In this document: one piece after another, positions 9,531-18,834 of the stretch
How positions within the stretch are numbered: position 1 is the first letter of the stretch
Layout of the letters: every line of letters begins with the position of its first letter
From: a bacterium
Lineage (GTDB): Archaea; Thermoproteota; Nitrososphaeria; Nitrososphaerales; Nitrososphaeraceae
Direction: 5' to 3'
Assembly (NCBI GenBank): GCA_014381105.1
Contig: JACMIO010000103.1
Location: 1-35,469 of the forward strand
Length of the DNA stretch: 35,469 nucleotides
The notes under the pieces: model-generated
The model's database searches: none
What the model was told of the DNA's origin: nothing
Seen by the model: only the letters and a program-made list of their open reading frames with translations
Program-made: the position numbers and the translations under genes

Positions 9531-9872
9531 TCAGCGTTTATTCGATAACAATCCTAGTAACTTTCTAACAGAGGATTCATAGCCATATTCTCGCAATATC
9601 CAGATCAAAGTAGATACCGTATATACGGGTAGAAAGTCTACAAATGGAATAAATTCAGCAAGGTTCATGATAACCGATACCTTACTTTTAGTTATCGAAT
9701 ACAACAACCCAGTTGTTATAACATCAAAGACGTCACCGATCACTGGGATACTAAACAGTGGAGCGGCCAAGTAATCTAGTGCGTCTGCAATAATTGATAT
9801 ACCTAGAGCAAGGGCAGCAGTTCTGAAACTACGATTCTTTTTCTTATTTGTCTTCTTTATGATCTCGTCCAT
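9531..9872 (-). CDS. Small membrane protein (DUF4112-like)
   Basis: Hydrophobic, with IPVIGDVFD and EFIPFVDFLP motifs; family assignment from memory. Confidence 0.65.
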   Translation of the reverse strand: MDEIIKKTNKKKNRSFRTAALALGISIIADALDYLAAPLFSIPVIGDVFDVITTGLLYSITKSKVSVIMNLAEFIPFVDFLPVYTVSTLIWILREYGYESSVRKLLGLLSNKR

Positions 9873-9961
9873 GGTATATACGCCTAGTATCTAATAAAAG
9901 AACGAATAATAAAAAATAGTGGAGGCATAGTTCGATCTGTTTTTAGTATCGATTCTCGGAT

Positions 9962-10138
9962 TCATATTCTGACACCTTCTGAATACCAATTACCATGAGG
10001 TTCTTCTCGAAAAACTATTATTACTTCTTTCTTATCAACTTTCAGGATCTGGCTGGCATTTTGAGTTATTGCTTCGGCCAACCTATCCTTTTCTCTTTGG
10101 CTCCTTCCACTGAATAATGACACAGTGATAATGGGCAT
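9962..10138 (-). CDS. 4-oxalocrotonate tautomerase family protein (58 aa)
   Basis: Not in ORF track. MPIITVSLFSGRSQREKDRLAEAITQNASQILKVDKKEVIIVFREEPHGNWYSEGVRI: catalytic Pro-1, GR(S) Arg-11, NW..G tail. Confidence 0.9.
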   Translation of the reverse strand: MPIITVSLFSGRSQREKDRLAEAITQNASQILKVDKKEVIIVFREEPHGNWYSEGVRI

Positions 10139-10210
10139 AATATCATTTACGAATAAGAAACATATAGACTTTTGTTACCAAATAAATAGAATGTTGTTCA
10201 TCAAGATTTT

Positions 10211-10648
10211 ATGAGTAATAGTGACGCTTCTGAGGAGAATGTTAAATCTCCCTTTACAAATGGGAATGACGGCTACGAAGAGTATAGAAAGAAGGAAAAG
10301 ATGAAAAAGAAAGAGATCCCACCAATTACAATAGAACATCATATGAAAAATGTAAATGAAAATGCCGGAATAGATGAAAACGATAATTATATTCATAGAA
10401 GAATGCAAGACCAAGAGTATAGGAAGAAGGAAAAGGTGGAAAATAAAAATGATCCCGAAAAAGAAGGCCTTAACACAGTTATCGGTCACAGTAAATATAC
10501 AGTAGGCGGAGAATCCAAAGAAGTTCCAGCATCAGCATTAGATGAAAACGATAATTTTGTTCATAGAAGAGAACTGAATCAGCCAAAACAAATGAAAAGA
10601 GTAGAAAGAAGAAGTAAAGACGCCCCAGTTGATCTAAAGACGCACTAA
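10211..10648 (+). CDS. Highly charged hydrophilic protein with internal repeats
   Basis: E/K/N/D-rich, no Cys or Trp; EYRKKEK twice and DENDN(Y/F)(I/V)HRR twice. Confidence 0.72.
   Translation: MSNSDASEENVKSPFTNGNDGYEEYRKKEKMKKKEIPPITIEHHMKNVNENAGIDENDNYIHRRMQDQEYRKKEKVENKNDPEKEGLNTVIGHSKYTVGGESKEVPASALDENDNFVHRRELNQPKQMKRVERRSKDAPVDLKTH
10278..10570 (+). repeat. Two pairs of intragenic direct repeats
   Basis: AAGAGTATAG(A/G)AAGAAGGAAAAG at 10278-10300 and 10413-10435 (22/23 identical); TAGATGAAAACGATAATT(A/T)T(A/G)TTCATAGAAGA at 10371-10402 and 10539-10570 (30/32). Confidence 0.9.
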
Positions 10649-10711
10649 CTTACAGGGCAAGCGTTATCGCTAACTCTAAAGGTATAAGCGTCATTGAGTC
10701 AATACTGTAGT

Positions 10712-10939
10712 ATGTCTGAAGAAAGAATAGGAGATAAGTTTCTTCGGAAACTCTATGAAAAGACAGTGAACAACGGGACAGAAAATATTGATAGGGAGGA
10801 GATAGGAAAAGAAATCGGAGTAATAGATGTGCAAATGGATAATCTGGTGGACGAATTGACTGCTGAGGGTTATATAAAGAAATTAGGTCGGACAAAAATT
10901 TACCTAACCGATGATGGAAGAAAGAGAGTAGAAATTTAA
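10712..10939 (+). CDS. Small winged-helix DNA-binding protein
   Basis: Probable start ATG 10712; EIGKEIGV...LVDELTAEGYIKK...IYLTDDGR is a MarR-like wHTH pattern. Confidence 0.75.
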   Translation: MSEERIGDKFLRKLYEKTVNNGTENIDREEIGKEIGVIDVQMDNLVDELTAEGYIKKLGRTKIYLTDDGRKRVEI

Positions 10940-11267
10940 ATTGGTATGATAACCATAAACTCATCTCTTAAAGTCAAATATGCTTGTAATTCGTTTACGA
11001 GGACTGGTAATGTTAACTAACTTTTGAGAGTCAATCCTGATGAAATTATAATTTGTCTGAAGGTTTATTCTTTAAACTAAGATTGACTTTCTTAGTTAGT
11101 TTATTTGCAGGAACAAGGATTCTATTTGGAAGAACTTTATCCAAAGATTGTGCAAGTGTTGTTAGTGGCACACTGTGAGCGGAGAATGACGAATTTTAGA
11201 TTGGATATTCTATCAACTCTGCGTTAATAAAAAATAAGATTTTGTCTATTAAATCTCATATTCATTA

Positions 11268-11840
11268 TCAAGGATGTTGTCTGTCATATTCTCCTGTTCC
11301 CGTCAGGGTGTCGTTTTGTGTGTCATACGTTCCCTCCACCCGGAAATAGTAAGTTGGATCTTTCTCCTCCGGATTAGATTTTGATAAATCGGGATATTCG
11401 CTAGAGCACTTGTATATGACATTGTTTCCTTCTTCAATTATATCTTTGACGCTATTTACGTCACAAGAGAATGACAATTCGTATCTTTCCGCAAATTTTT
11501 TCTGTAAAGTAGTAAGATCCTTGTTTGTCACATTGTCATGAATGTAAAAATATAGTGTGGTATACAAACGGGGATCAGTATCCTCAGGTTCCGGAAGTAC
11601 TACATATGAAGAATATCCATCCTCCTCAATCTTACATTGATTTGACGGGCAAACTTTCTCCCATACTTCTCCAGATAGTTGTAAGTTCTTAGTGATAGGA
11701 GTTGTCCTTAACCCTTGTACCTCAAATACAAGATCGTTCTCCTGATTACTTTCTTCTTGTGAATACGCAGGTGTATTTGTTTCGATTGGAATTAAAAACA
11801 TTAGACTCGTCATTAGTATTCCTGGAATGAGAGTTTTCAT
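11268..11840 (-). CDS. Secreted acidic hypothetical protein
   Basis: Probable start ATG 11840 (MKTLIPGILMTSLMFLIP...AYSQ signal peptide); CPSNQC plus two further Cys. Confidence 0.72.
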   Translation of the reverse strand: MKTLIPGILMTSLMFLIPIETNTPAYSQEESNQENDLVFEVQGLRTTPITKNLQLSGEVWEKVCPSNQCKIEEDGYSSYVVLPEPEDTDPRLYTTLYFYIHDNVTNKDLTTLQKKFAERYELSFSCDVNSVKDIIEEGNNVIYKCSSEYPDLSKSNPEEKDPTYYFRVEGTYDTQNDTLTGTGEYDRQHP

Positions 11841-12149
11841 TTTAAACCTGTATATTACGAGTTGCTTAAAAAGCCTTATCTTCACTCCTTCCCTTATCCA
11901 ATACTACTACAAATTTCCTTCCAATCGGACTTACAATCAACTTACAAAATCTGAAATTGTAGTTTTTTTGCTTTTCTTGCCTTGATGTCGATCACCTAAG
12001 TTAAACCTGGACTCTAATTCTAAGTCTCGACCTATTTTTGCAATATCTAGCACAAATTTGGGATTTGAAACGAATGGAATTCCAAATATAGGTATACGGA
12101 TACTTTGGAATATCAAAATTAATATACTATCCCAAAATCAAAGAGACTG

Positions 12150-13181
12150 ATGTTTCACGTTTCTGTTGACAATTATGGGATAACGGTGGGCACCGAAGAT
12201 AAGACCATTTATCTTGATCCTAATAAACAGCCTAATTCTGATTTTATTTTCATTTCCCATGCGCATACTGATCACCTACACAAGAGCGTTAAAGAGAACG
12301 GTAATAAGATTATCACCTCACAAATAACTCACAAGATAGCAAAGCATAGAGGCTACAAATATGGTGATACATACGAGGAACACGATTTCAAATTATTGGA
12401 TTCAGGACATATTCTCGGATCGAATGGGCTCCTAATAGAAGACGAGTTGTATTACACAGGTGATATTTCCATACGAAAAAGAGCATTTATGAATCCTGCC
12501 GTTATTCCCAAGGCAAAAACCCTCATAATAGAGTCAACCTTTGGTCATCATGATTATATTTTTCCAAAATTTGAGAGCACACTACATAAGGCCAATCTAA
12601 TAATTTCTGAAATGTATCACCAGGGTATACCAGTAATCTTGTTGGGATATACTCTAGGAAAAGCGCAAATTCTAACAAATGTATTTAGACATTGGAAACC
12701 ATTAATCATTCACGATTCGATACACGAAATGAACAGGATTTATTCGGAATTTGGTATCGATATGGATAACTATGTTACCTTCTCTGAGGCAGAAAAAAAT
12801 AACATGTTGTCATCTCATAGTCCGTGGTTAATGATTGCTCCTATTGAATCATGCAAAAACGGATTTCTAAATTATATTAAGAGAAAATATGGTGCGCTAT
12901 CCATTGGATTTAGTGGATGGTCTGTAAAACCTTATTACAAAAACGCAATGGGATTAGATCATTGTTTACCTCTGAGTGACCATTGCGATTACAACGATTT
13001 GATAGCAGTAGTAAAAAAATGCAATCCTGAAAAGGTATACACATTTCACGGATTTGCCGATGGATTTGCACGAGATCTAAGTTCGATTGGTTTTGATGCA
13101 GATCCACTTGTTTACTCTAGAGGTAAAGCCCGTAAAACATCACTGAAACTTGACACCTTTTTTGGCAAGTCAAGAACTTGA
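12150..13181 (+). CDS. Metallo-beta-lactamase / beta-CASP-like nuclease (COG1236-type)
   Basis: ISHAHTDH, SGHILGS, YTGD, IESTFG, GYTLGKAQ, FSGW, LSDHCD, TFHG motifs. Confidence 0.88.
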   Translation: MFHVSVDNYGITVGTEDKTIYLDPNKQPNSDFIFISHAHTDHLHKSVKENGNKIITSQITHKIAKHRGYKYGDTYEEHDFKLLDSGHILGSNGLLIEDELYYTGDISIRKRAFMNPAVIPKAKTLIIESTFGHHDYIFPKFESTLHKANLIISEMYHQGIPVILLGYTLGKAQILTNVFRHWKPLIIHDSIHEMNRIYSEFGIDMDNYVTFSEAEKNNMLSSHSPWLMIAPIESCKNGFLNYIKRKYGALSIGFSGWSVKPYYKNAMGLDHCLPLSDHCDYNDLIAVVKKCNPEKVYTFHGFADGFARDLSSIGFDADPLVYSRGKARKTSLKLDTFFGKSRT

Positions 13182-13237
13182 ATAATCTGGTTAAATCTAC
13201 ATCCTTCAATTGTAGTATAGCGATCGGCTACCGTGAA

Positions 13238-14320
13238 TCACTTTTTTTCTTGTTCTCTAAAATATGGAATTACCTTTTTACCAAAGAGCTCAATGTTTTT
13301 GAAATAACCGTCTCCCCAAAATCTAATGATAAAATGATTCGTTCCTGCTTCGATAAACCTTTCTAACATTTCGATTACATCATCTGGCTTACCCACTCCT
13401 ATTGCACCCCTCGCCACATCATCGGGTACTTGCATCGCGGCCCGTTTCATCTGCTCCATCAATTCTGGCTTATTCATTGCATATTCTGTAAAGTACTTCC
13501 GGAAATCAAACTCTGAATCTTGTTGAATATTATGCACCTTCAATAATTCAGGTTTGTATAAACTCACCTTGACTGCGTTTTTCATCTTATTCCACGCTTC
13601 CTCCCCATCCTCGGTAAAGTAAACATCTACATCATTAGCGAATTGAAAATTGGTGATATCTCTACTATTTTTCTTTGCATGATCCTTTATGACGTTTGCA
13701 TGGTGTTTGAACAATGCGGGCGTATAGCCAATTGGTATCCAACCATCTCCATAAATAGCACACAGCTCCAGTGTTTTTGGCGCTCCTGCCGCGATATAAA
13801 CGGGTGGCCTAGGTTTCCTGATACTCTTTGCTTGTAAACATGCATTAATCAGTTTATAATATTCTCCATCATAATTTACTCTATTATCAGGATCAGAATC
13901 AAAGAGAGCTTCAATGACTTCTAATTGCTCTTTGAATTTAGTTACAGGTTTTTTGAATTCTATTCCAAAGTCAACTACATTTTGTGCTTCTCCTGCACCG
14001 ATACCCAAAATTGCTCGTCCGTTAGTGAGCCTATCTAAAGTGATCGAAGAAAGTGCGATGGTCGAAGGATGCCTTCTAATCGCATCTGTCACACATGTTC
14101 CCAACTCAACATTCCTTGTGACTGCACCAATAGCCGCTAACAATAACCATGCATCATTTACAACCGCATTCTTCCACTGCGGTACGTTTGAATGATCCAT
14201 AGACCATATTGAATCAAAATCAAGCCTGTCAGCAATTTGACATGCCGTCATTATTTGGATTTCATCCAAACCTAGTCTGGCAATATTTAATCCTTGGGTA
14301 AAGCCAAATTTAGTTCTCAT
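13238..14320 (-). CDS. Luciferase-like (LLM) oxidoreductase, probably F420-dependent
   Basis: FDSIWSMDH, LGTCVT, TLDRLTNGRAILGIGAGE, PPVYIAAGAPKTL, GDGW. Confidence 0.88.
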   Translation of the reverse strand: MRTKFGFTQGLNIARLGLDEIQIMTACQIADRLDFDSIWSMDHSNVPQWKNAVVNDAWLLLAAIGAVTRNVELGTCVTDAIRRHPSTIALSSITLDRLTNGRAILGIGAGEAQNVVDFGIEFKKPVTKFKEQLEVIEALFDSDPDNRVNYDGEYYKLINACLQAKSIRKPRPPVYIAAGAPKTLELCAIYGDGWIPIGYTPALFKHHANVIKDHAKKNSRDITNFQFANDVDVYFTEDGEEAWNKMKNAVKVSLYKPELLKVHNIQQDSEFDFRKYFTEYAMNKPELMEQMKRAAMQVPDDVARGAIGVGKPDDVIEMLERFIEAGTNHFIIRFWGDGYFKNIELFGKKVIPYFREQEKK

Positions 14321-14470
14321 TTTATAATGGAATTATGCGTTCATATGAGTATATAAGGTTTGGATGATTCGGATTAGGATAACTACTCACCTAATCTATT
14401 AGAAGATTTGAATCTGTTGACAAAACTTTTGTTTGAATATATATAAAATAGCATTATGTTGAAGTAGAAT

Positions 14471-14797
14471 GTGAATTTCAGAGATTCTAAAAATTCAGTT
14501 CATGATGACAACGAAAAGACTTCAGTTCGATTGTTGGTTAATGGCAAGGTTCAGGGTGTGTATTTTCGGCTCAACATGCAAGAAATTGCAAAGAAAAATT
14601 CTGTATTTGGCTGGGTGCGAAATTTAACTGATGGGCGTGTAGAAGCCTTGCTTGAAGGAAATAAAGATGGTGTTGATCAGGTCATAGAGTGGAGTAAAAA
14701 AGGTCCCGAGAATGCACGAGTAGATGATCTAAAAATAGACTATTTACAATATGAGGGAAAATATGTTGATTTTGTAATACAACATGACGAGTCATAG
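14471..14797 (+). CDS. acyP: Acylphosphatase
   Basis: GKVQGVYFR and GWVRNLTDGRVE signatures; GPENARV. Confidence 0.93.
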   Translation: MNFRDSKNSVHDDNEKTSVRLLVNGKVQGVYFRLNMQEIAKKNSVFGWVRNLTDGRVEALLEGNKDGVDQVIEWSKKGPENARVDDLKIDYLQYEGKYVDFVIQHDES

Positions 14798-15056
14798 CTT
14801 CACCATCTATTTCACATTAGATTAAAAATAAATCCAGCAGTATCAAAACTACGTAGCACAAAGTCATTATATTTTCAATTAATTGGTTTCAAATTTTGGA
14901 TACTACATTAAGTAACATAGAAAAAAATGGAACAGTTGATAAAAACTACACGTTAGATCACTATTCAAAGTCCTACCATTACTAGCAGGATTATAGTTAC
15001 TGACACAAGTATTGATGTAGAAATAAAGAGATTGGTACAAAAAAACTCACAATTTC

Positions 15057-15770
15057 CTAAAAATTGTGCATTGCAACCAGGTACAGAGTGTAAATATCGG
15101 ATGAGATGTCTTGTTCTTTCTTGATATCAAGCTCGTTCCAATCCACTTTTATTCCATTCCAACCTTGCGTATGCCACTTCCCAATTGGTAGTGGTTGATG
15201 AATAATATTTTCACTGAAAGGATAAGGGTTTACGTATAGATATGGTGCTTCATAACTGTCCTCTCCTGGTGAGACACCAACTCCAATTTGGTCTTTGTCT
15301 CCATTGATAAAAGATTCAACTGAGAAATCAAAACCATGGGGCCACAGGTGGACTTGAGTGAAATGATCCCTCAACTTCATTCTGAACAATTCAAGACTCT
15401 TGTTGACTCTTTTTGCGAATGTGATATATTCAAACAAACACTCCTGTCGCAAAGTCAACGACGGCACTTTTGGCATATTTAGTCCATATTTAGTAACAAT
15501 TGATTCCAATCTCTCATAAAATCCATCACAAGTCAAGTCAACAAAGTGTCCAATCTCATTATGAAAATACAGGAGCTCTCCTGTAAGTAAATGAATTTTT
15601 ACTTCTGTCTTGTTGTTCAGTAAACCAGTAGTTATTTCATCATTTTGAAAAAAAAGTGCATCATGACCGTAATGTGGTATCTCTTCTATCAATTGTGACT
15701 TTATCTGAGAAATTATTTTGCATACTGTTTACAAACCAGAAATTCTCTTTAGGAACTTACGATTATCCAT
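15057..15770 (-). pseudogene. DUF5996-like protein with premature stop near the 5' end (or 211-aa CDS from TTG 15692)
   Basis: VHLWPHGFDF and GVSPGEDSYEAPYLYVNPYP motifs. The frame extends to ATG 15770 through a single TAA at 15731-15729 (MDNRKFLKRISGL*TVCKIISQIKSQLIEE). Confidence 0.6.
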
Positions 15771-15848
15771 TTATTTTCTATAAGTATCTGTTAAAAACTA
15801 TGATCTCAGGAACACTAGTATAGAATTAGCAACAAGTACAGCTTCTAC

Positions 15849-16754
15849 TTAATCAGACTTTATCTTCAGGCTAAAAGCTAAAAATAGATTAGGGTGGATT
15901 TGCCCATGGACAATACTATAAACTTCTTCAACTGATGCATTTCTATTCAGCGCCAAAATAAGGTTATCTATGCCCTGCCCTAATTCCCTAATTGCACTAA
16001 TCTTCATCCCCGTTGGAATAGGCATTAATCCAGTAGAATTCTCCAATTTGGCATCTTGTAAATAATTAGTAAACAGTATTTTCAGTGATTTAGCCTGCGC
16101 TACGGATGTCTCATAATTGGCCAAATTTTTGACGACTTTGTTTTCTTGATTTCCTTCATTACTTGCGGATTGATTATTAGACATTGATGTCATCTTTTCC
16201 ATACTATGTTTATTTGCACTATCAGTCATGTTCGTAGCGGACGTTTCGTTCATCTTCATAATCATATCTACACTCATATTTAGCAAACCAGAAGCCATCT
16301 TAGGGTCAAGTCCAGTCGATAGTCCATATTCTCGAAGAGACTCATCAGCTATATTTGCAGAAACAAGCGCCTTGGTAGTCCAATTAAGGTCCGAGAGAAG
16401 GATGTCGTAATGATTAGGAAAAATTGAATTCTCGGTTATGTCCTTTCTGATGGAGGCAAGTTTATGAAATAATTCGTCCGCCCTATCTGAATGAATTGAA
16501 TATGATGAATTGTTTGCGTATTGAGATTCTAAAGCTAGATTTTTTTCAATTTCAAATTGCTTTATCAATGTATACAGTACTGAACTATCATTCTGATAAA
16601 AATTGTGAGCATATAAAATAGTATTGTTGGATAAAGCCAAAGCAACTACAAACAGAACGAAATATACTCTAATATCTAACTTCAAATCAAGGTAACTATG
16701 GGCGTTACCAAATAATAAATGTGCGATGATCGTTTCAATAAGAAGAGAAAACAT
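15849..16754 (-). CDS. Secreted Met/His-rich hypothetical protein
   Basis: Likely start TTG 16685; signal peptide ending LYA|HNF; 9 Met in about 40 aa; C-terminal VHGQIHPNL. Confidence 0.75.
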   Translation of the reverse strand: MFSLLIETIIAHLLFGNAHSYLDLKLDIRVYFVLFVVALALSNNTILYAHNFYQNDSSVLYTLIKQFEIEKNLALESQYANNSSYSIHSDRADELFHKLASIRKDITENSIFPNHYDILLSDLNWTTKALVSANIADESLREYGLSTGLDPKMASGLLNMSVDMIMKMNETSATNMTDSANKHSMEKMTSMSNNQSASNEGNQENKVVKNLANYETSVAQAKSLKILFTNYLQDAKLENSTGLMPIPTGMKISAIRELGQGIDNLILALNRNASVEEVYSIVHGQIHPNLFLAFSLKIKSD

Positions 16755-16898
16755 AGAAATTATTCTACTCGTCTTACTCCTACAAGATAATGTCCTGATT
16801 ACTAGAACCTCAACTGACAGAATCTTGTTATAGAAAAAGCTTGATCTCAGTTGACTGACATTAATGAAAACTATTTGGAGTAATCTTTTTAGCCGAAT

Positions 16899-17420
16899 AT
16901 GGGTACAATTTCGTTGATAAATATGGAATCAAATCAATCTCCCACATCTATTAACCACATTGCTATTAGTGTTCCTGATCTAGATACAGGCATCAATTGG
17001 TATCAGGAAGTGATGGGATTTACAATTGTAAGAGGTCCCGCAGAACTTACCTACGATGATATCCACGTAGGTAAAGCACTTCGGAATATTTTTGGGTCCC
17101 AATTTAAGAGATTAAGAATTGTATGGATGACTTCAGCAAACAGTATAGGAATTGAGCTATTCCAGTTTATACAACCTGAACAGCTCGCGCATAAGAAACA
17201 AGTCGAATACTGGCACGGTGGAGTTATACACATTGCTGTCACTGAAATAAACATTGAGGCTTTATTGGAAAAGGTTACTAAGACCGGAGGAAGACAGATT
17301 AGCAATATCTGGGAACTAGACCCAAAAAACCATCACAAATTGGTTTTCTGTTCTGATCCATTTGGAAACATAATTGAAATTTATTCACATAGCTTTGACC
17401 AGGTCCATGCTAACCGATAA
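16899..17420 (+). CDS. VOC / glyoxalase family protein
   Basis: INHIAISVPDL, GIELFQF, HIAV, DPFGNIIEI (H/E/H/E metal ligands). Confidence 0.9.
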   Translation: MGTISLINMESNQSPTSINHIAISVPDLDTGINWYQEVMGFTIVRGPAELTYDDIHVGKALRNIFGSQFKRLRIVWMTSANSIGIELFQFIQPEQLAHKKQVEYWHGGVIHIAVTEINIEALLEKVTKTGGRQISNIWELDPKNHHKLVFCSDPFGNIIEIYSHSFDQVHANR

Positions 17421-17509
17421 TTCATAGGAAATTTGTTACCATAATCCATGTATTTGCAATTTCAAATGACAGCTTCTGATTACATTTTTCACCAACTTAT
17501 TAATAATAA

Positions 17510-17647
17510 TCAATTATTGTATCTTACAACAAGCCAACAACAGCATTCCTTCAGTCGACAGTTAACACACTCAAGTGGTGACATGCTTCCTTTACAATCC
17601 TCAAGAGTACATCCGCATTCTGCGCATTTCAACAGGTTAATCCTCAT
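17510..17647 (-). CDS. Small Cys-rich metallothionein-like protein (45 aa)
   Basis: Not in ORF track. MRINLLKCAECGCTLEDCKGSMSPLECVNCRLKECCCWLVVRYNN; 9 Cys (CxxCxC, CxxC, CCC). Alternative TTG start at 17632. Confidence 0.72.
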   Translation of the reverse strand: MRINLLKCAECGCTLEDCKGSMSPLECVNCRLKECCCWLVVRYNN

Positions 17648-17753
17648 GAAATACTATGATAGATAGACATGATGAAGGATTATTCTTAAAAATTTGAGCA
17701 TAACAATGGGTAGAACAACTATGCCAATTCAATAGGTCTTCCGGAGAGAATAA

Positions 17754-18023
17754 CTATTGTTCTTTCCTCAACCATCTATCACCCTGCTTCTTGTATTTCT
17801 TCTTAACTGCCGCCCAGGCTACTTTATGGGCGGCTACTTCGGCGCTTTGCTTCCTACCGCCTCTTCTTTTTTCTGGATCTTGATATTGTTATACTGCACT
17901 ATCATGGGTCTTCTTGAAAATGTGTTGAGCATATACTGGTAAAGAATCAATTTGTTTTCTGGTTCTAGCCGATAGTCATGTATTTCGAGATCCCTTTTTA
18001 CTCGAGGATTGTTTATTGGGCAT
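17754..18023 (-). pseudogene. chaB: ChaB family protein with two in-frame stops
   Basis: MPNKQSSSKKGSRNT*LSARTRKQIDSLPVYAQHIFKKTHDSAV*QYQDPEKRRGGRKQSAEVAAHKVAWAAVKKKYKKQGDRWLRKEQ. ChaB motifs LP..AQ.I and AHKVAWAAVK..Y.K.G..W; TGA 17978-17976 and TAA 17891-17889. Confidence 0.88.
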
Positions 18024-18072
18024 TTTCTATTATTATGGATAGGCATAATCCTATATATCTGGAATACACGGT

Positions 18073-18834
18073 GTGCATGCCATGCTTATTGCTAAAACTA
18101 GGACAGCATTGACGCAAACATTTCTCATTGCTTACCTAACTGGGATTCTATGGTTAAGAAGAAATCCCCTTTCCTTGGTTTTCTCTGCGATAAGTCCTTT
18201 TTCTCTGTTATTTGTTCTATTTATCATTAGTGACGGCAAGTACTTACCACTCTCTATCACGGGAAGTTTGGTAATGGCATTAGTTGGATATGGCCTATCA
18301 CTCGGTCAAGATATCTCCTTTTACAAAAATGAATACAAGATTCAGGATCTCTTTGTCGCGTCACCAGTATCTCCAATTACTTACATGGTTGGTCTTGCAA
18401 TTTCACAAATTCTTTTCGGATTACCTGCATTACTCGTCTTATTGTCATTGGCCACTTTGTTTCTTTCTTCTTTAATTTTCCTTCCTCTACTGATTATCAC
18501 AACGTTACTAGTATGGGGCTCTATGTCTTCTATGGGATTCTTTCTATCTTCACACATGCTACATATACGCAATGTTTCACAAATCATATCGTTTGTTAAC
18601 GTGATTTTATCTATCCTACCACCTGTTTTTTACAGTATTGAGAGGCTACCTATCGAGTTGCAATATGCTTCCTATTTTGTACCAACTACACATGCATCTT
18701 TGATGATTCAATCCACGATGGGATTACCTACACCGAAAGAATGGTCTATTGAATTAGGACTTTTGGTACAGGTAGCATATCTTGTAGGTTTTGTGATTTT
18801 GGCTAAAGTTAAGGCAGTATGGCGGGAAAGTTGA
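18073..18834 (+). CDS. ABC-2 type exporter permease
   Basis: About 6 TMs, DLFVASPVSP, PPVFYSIERLP, FVPTTHAS. Start may be ATG 18082. Confidence 0.87.
   Translation: MHAMLIAKTRTALTQTFLIAYLTGILWLRRNPLSLVFSAISPFSLLFVLFIISDGKYLPLSITGSLVMALVGYGLSLGQDISFYKNEYKIQDLFVASPVSPITYMVGLAISQILFGLPALLVLLSLATLFLSSLIFLPLLIITTLLVWGSMSSMGFFLSSHMLHIRNVSQIISFVNVILSILPPVFYSIERLPIELQYASYFVPTTHASLMIQSTMGLPTPKEWSIELGLLVQVAYLVGFVILAKVKAVWRES

Noticed and set aside
10278-10570. Repeats as a mini-CRISPR array
   Set aside because: Two different repeat pairs, in frame within a CDS, irregular spacing and no cas genes.
10940-11267. About 40-codon ORF in intergenic DNA (TTG near 11105)
   Set aside because: No motif, promoter or compositional support.
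1-14320. cofGH plus the LLM oxidoreductase as an F420 gene cluster
   Set aside because: About 12 kb apart with unrelated genes between; functionally compatible but not a cluster.
15729-17978. Stop-codon reassignment or readthrough as the explanation for three in-frame stops
   Set aside because: Two different codons are involved, and TAA and TGA terminate many normal genes in this window; no recoding signal was recognised.
17448-18046. Tracked ORFs 17448-17666 (+), 17757-17942 (+) and 17834-18046 (-)
   Set aside because: Better explained as shadows of the Cys-rich microprotein and the chaB pseudogene.
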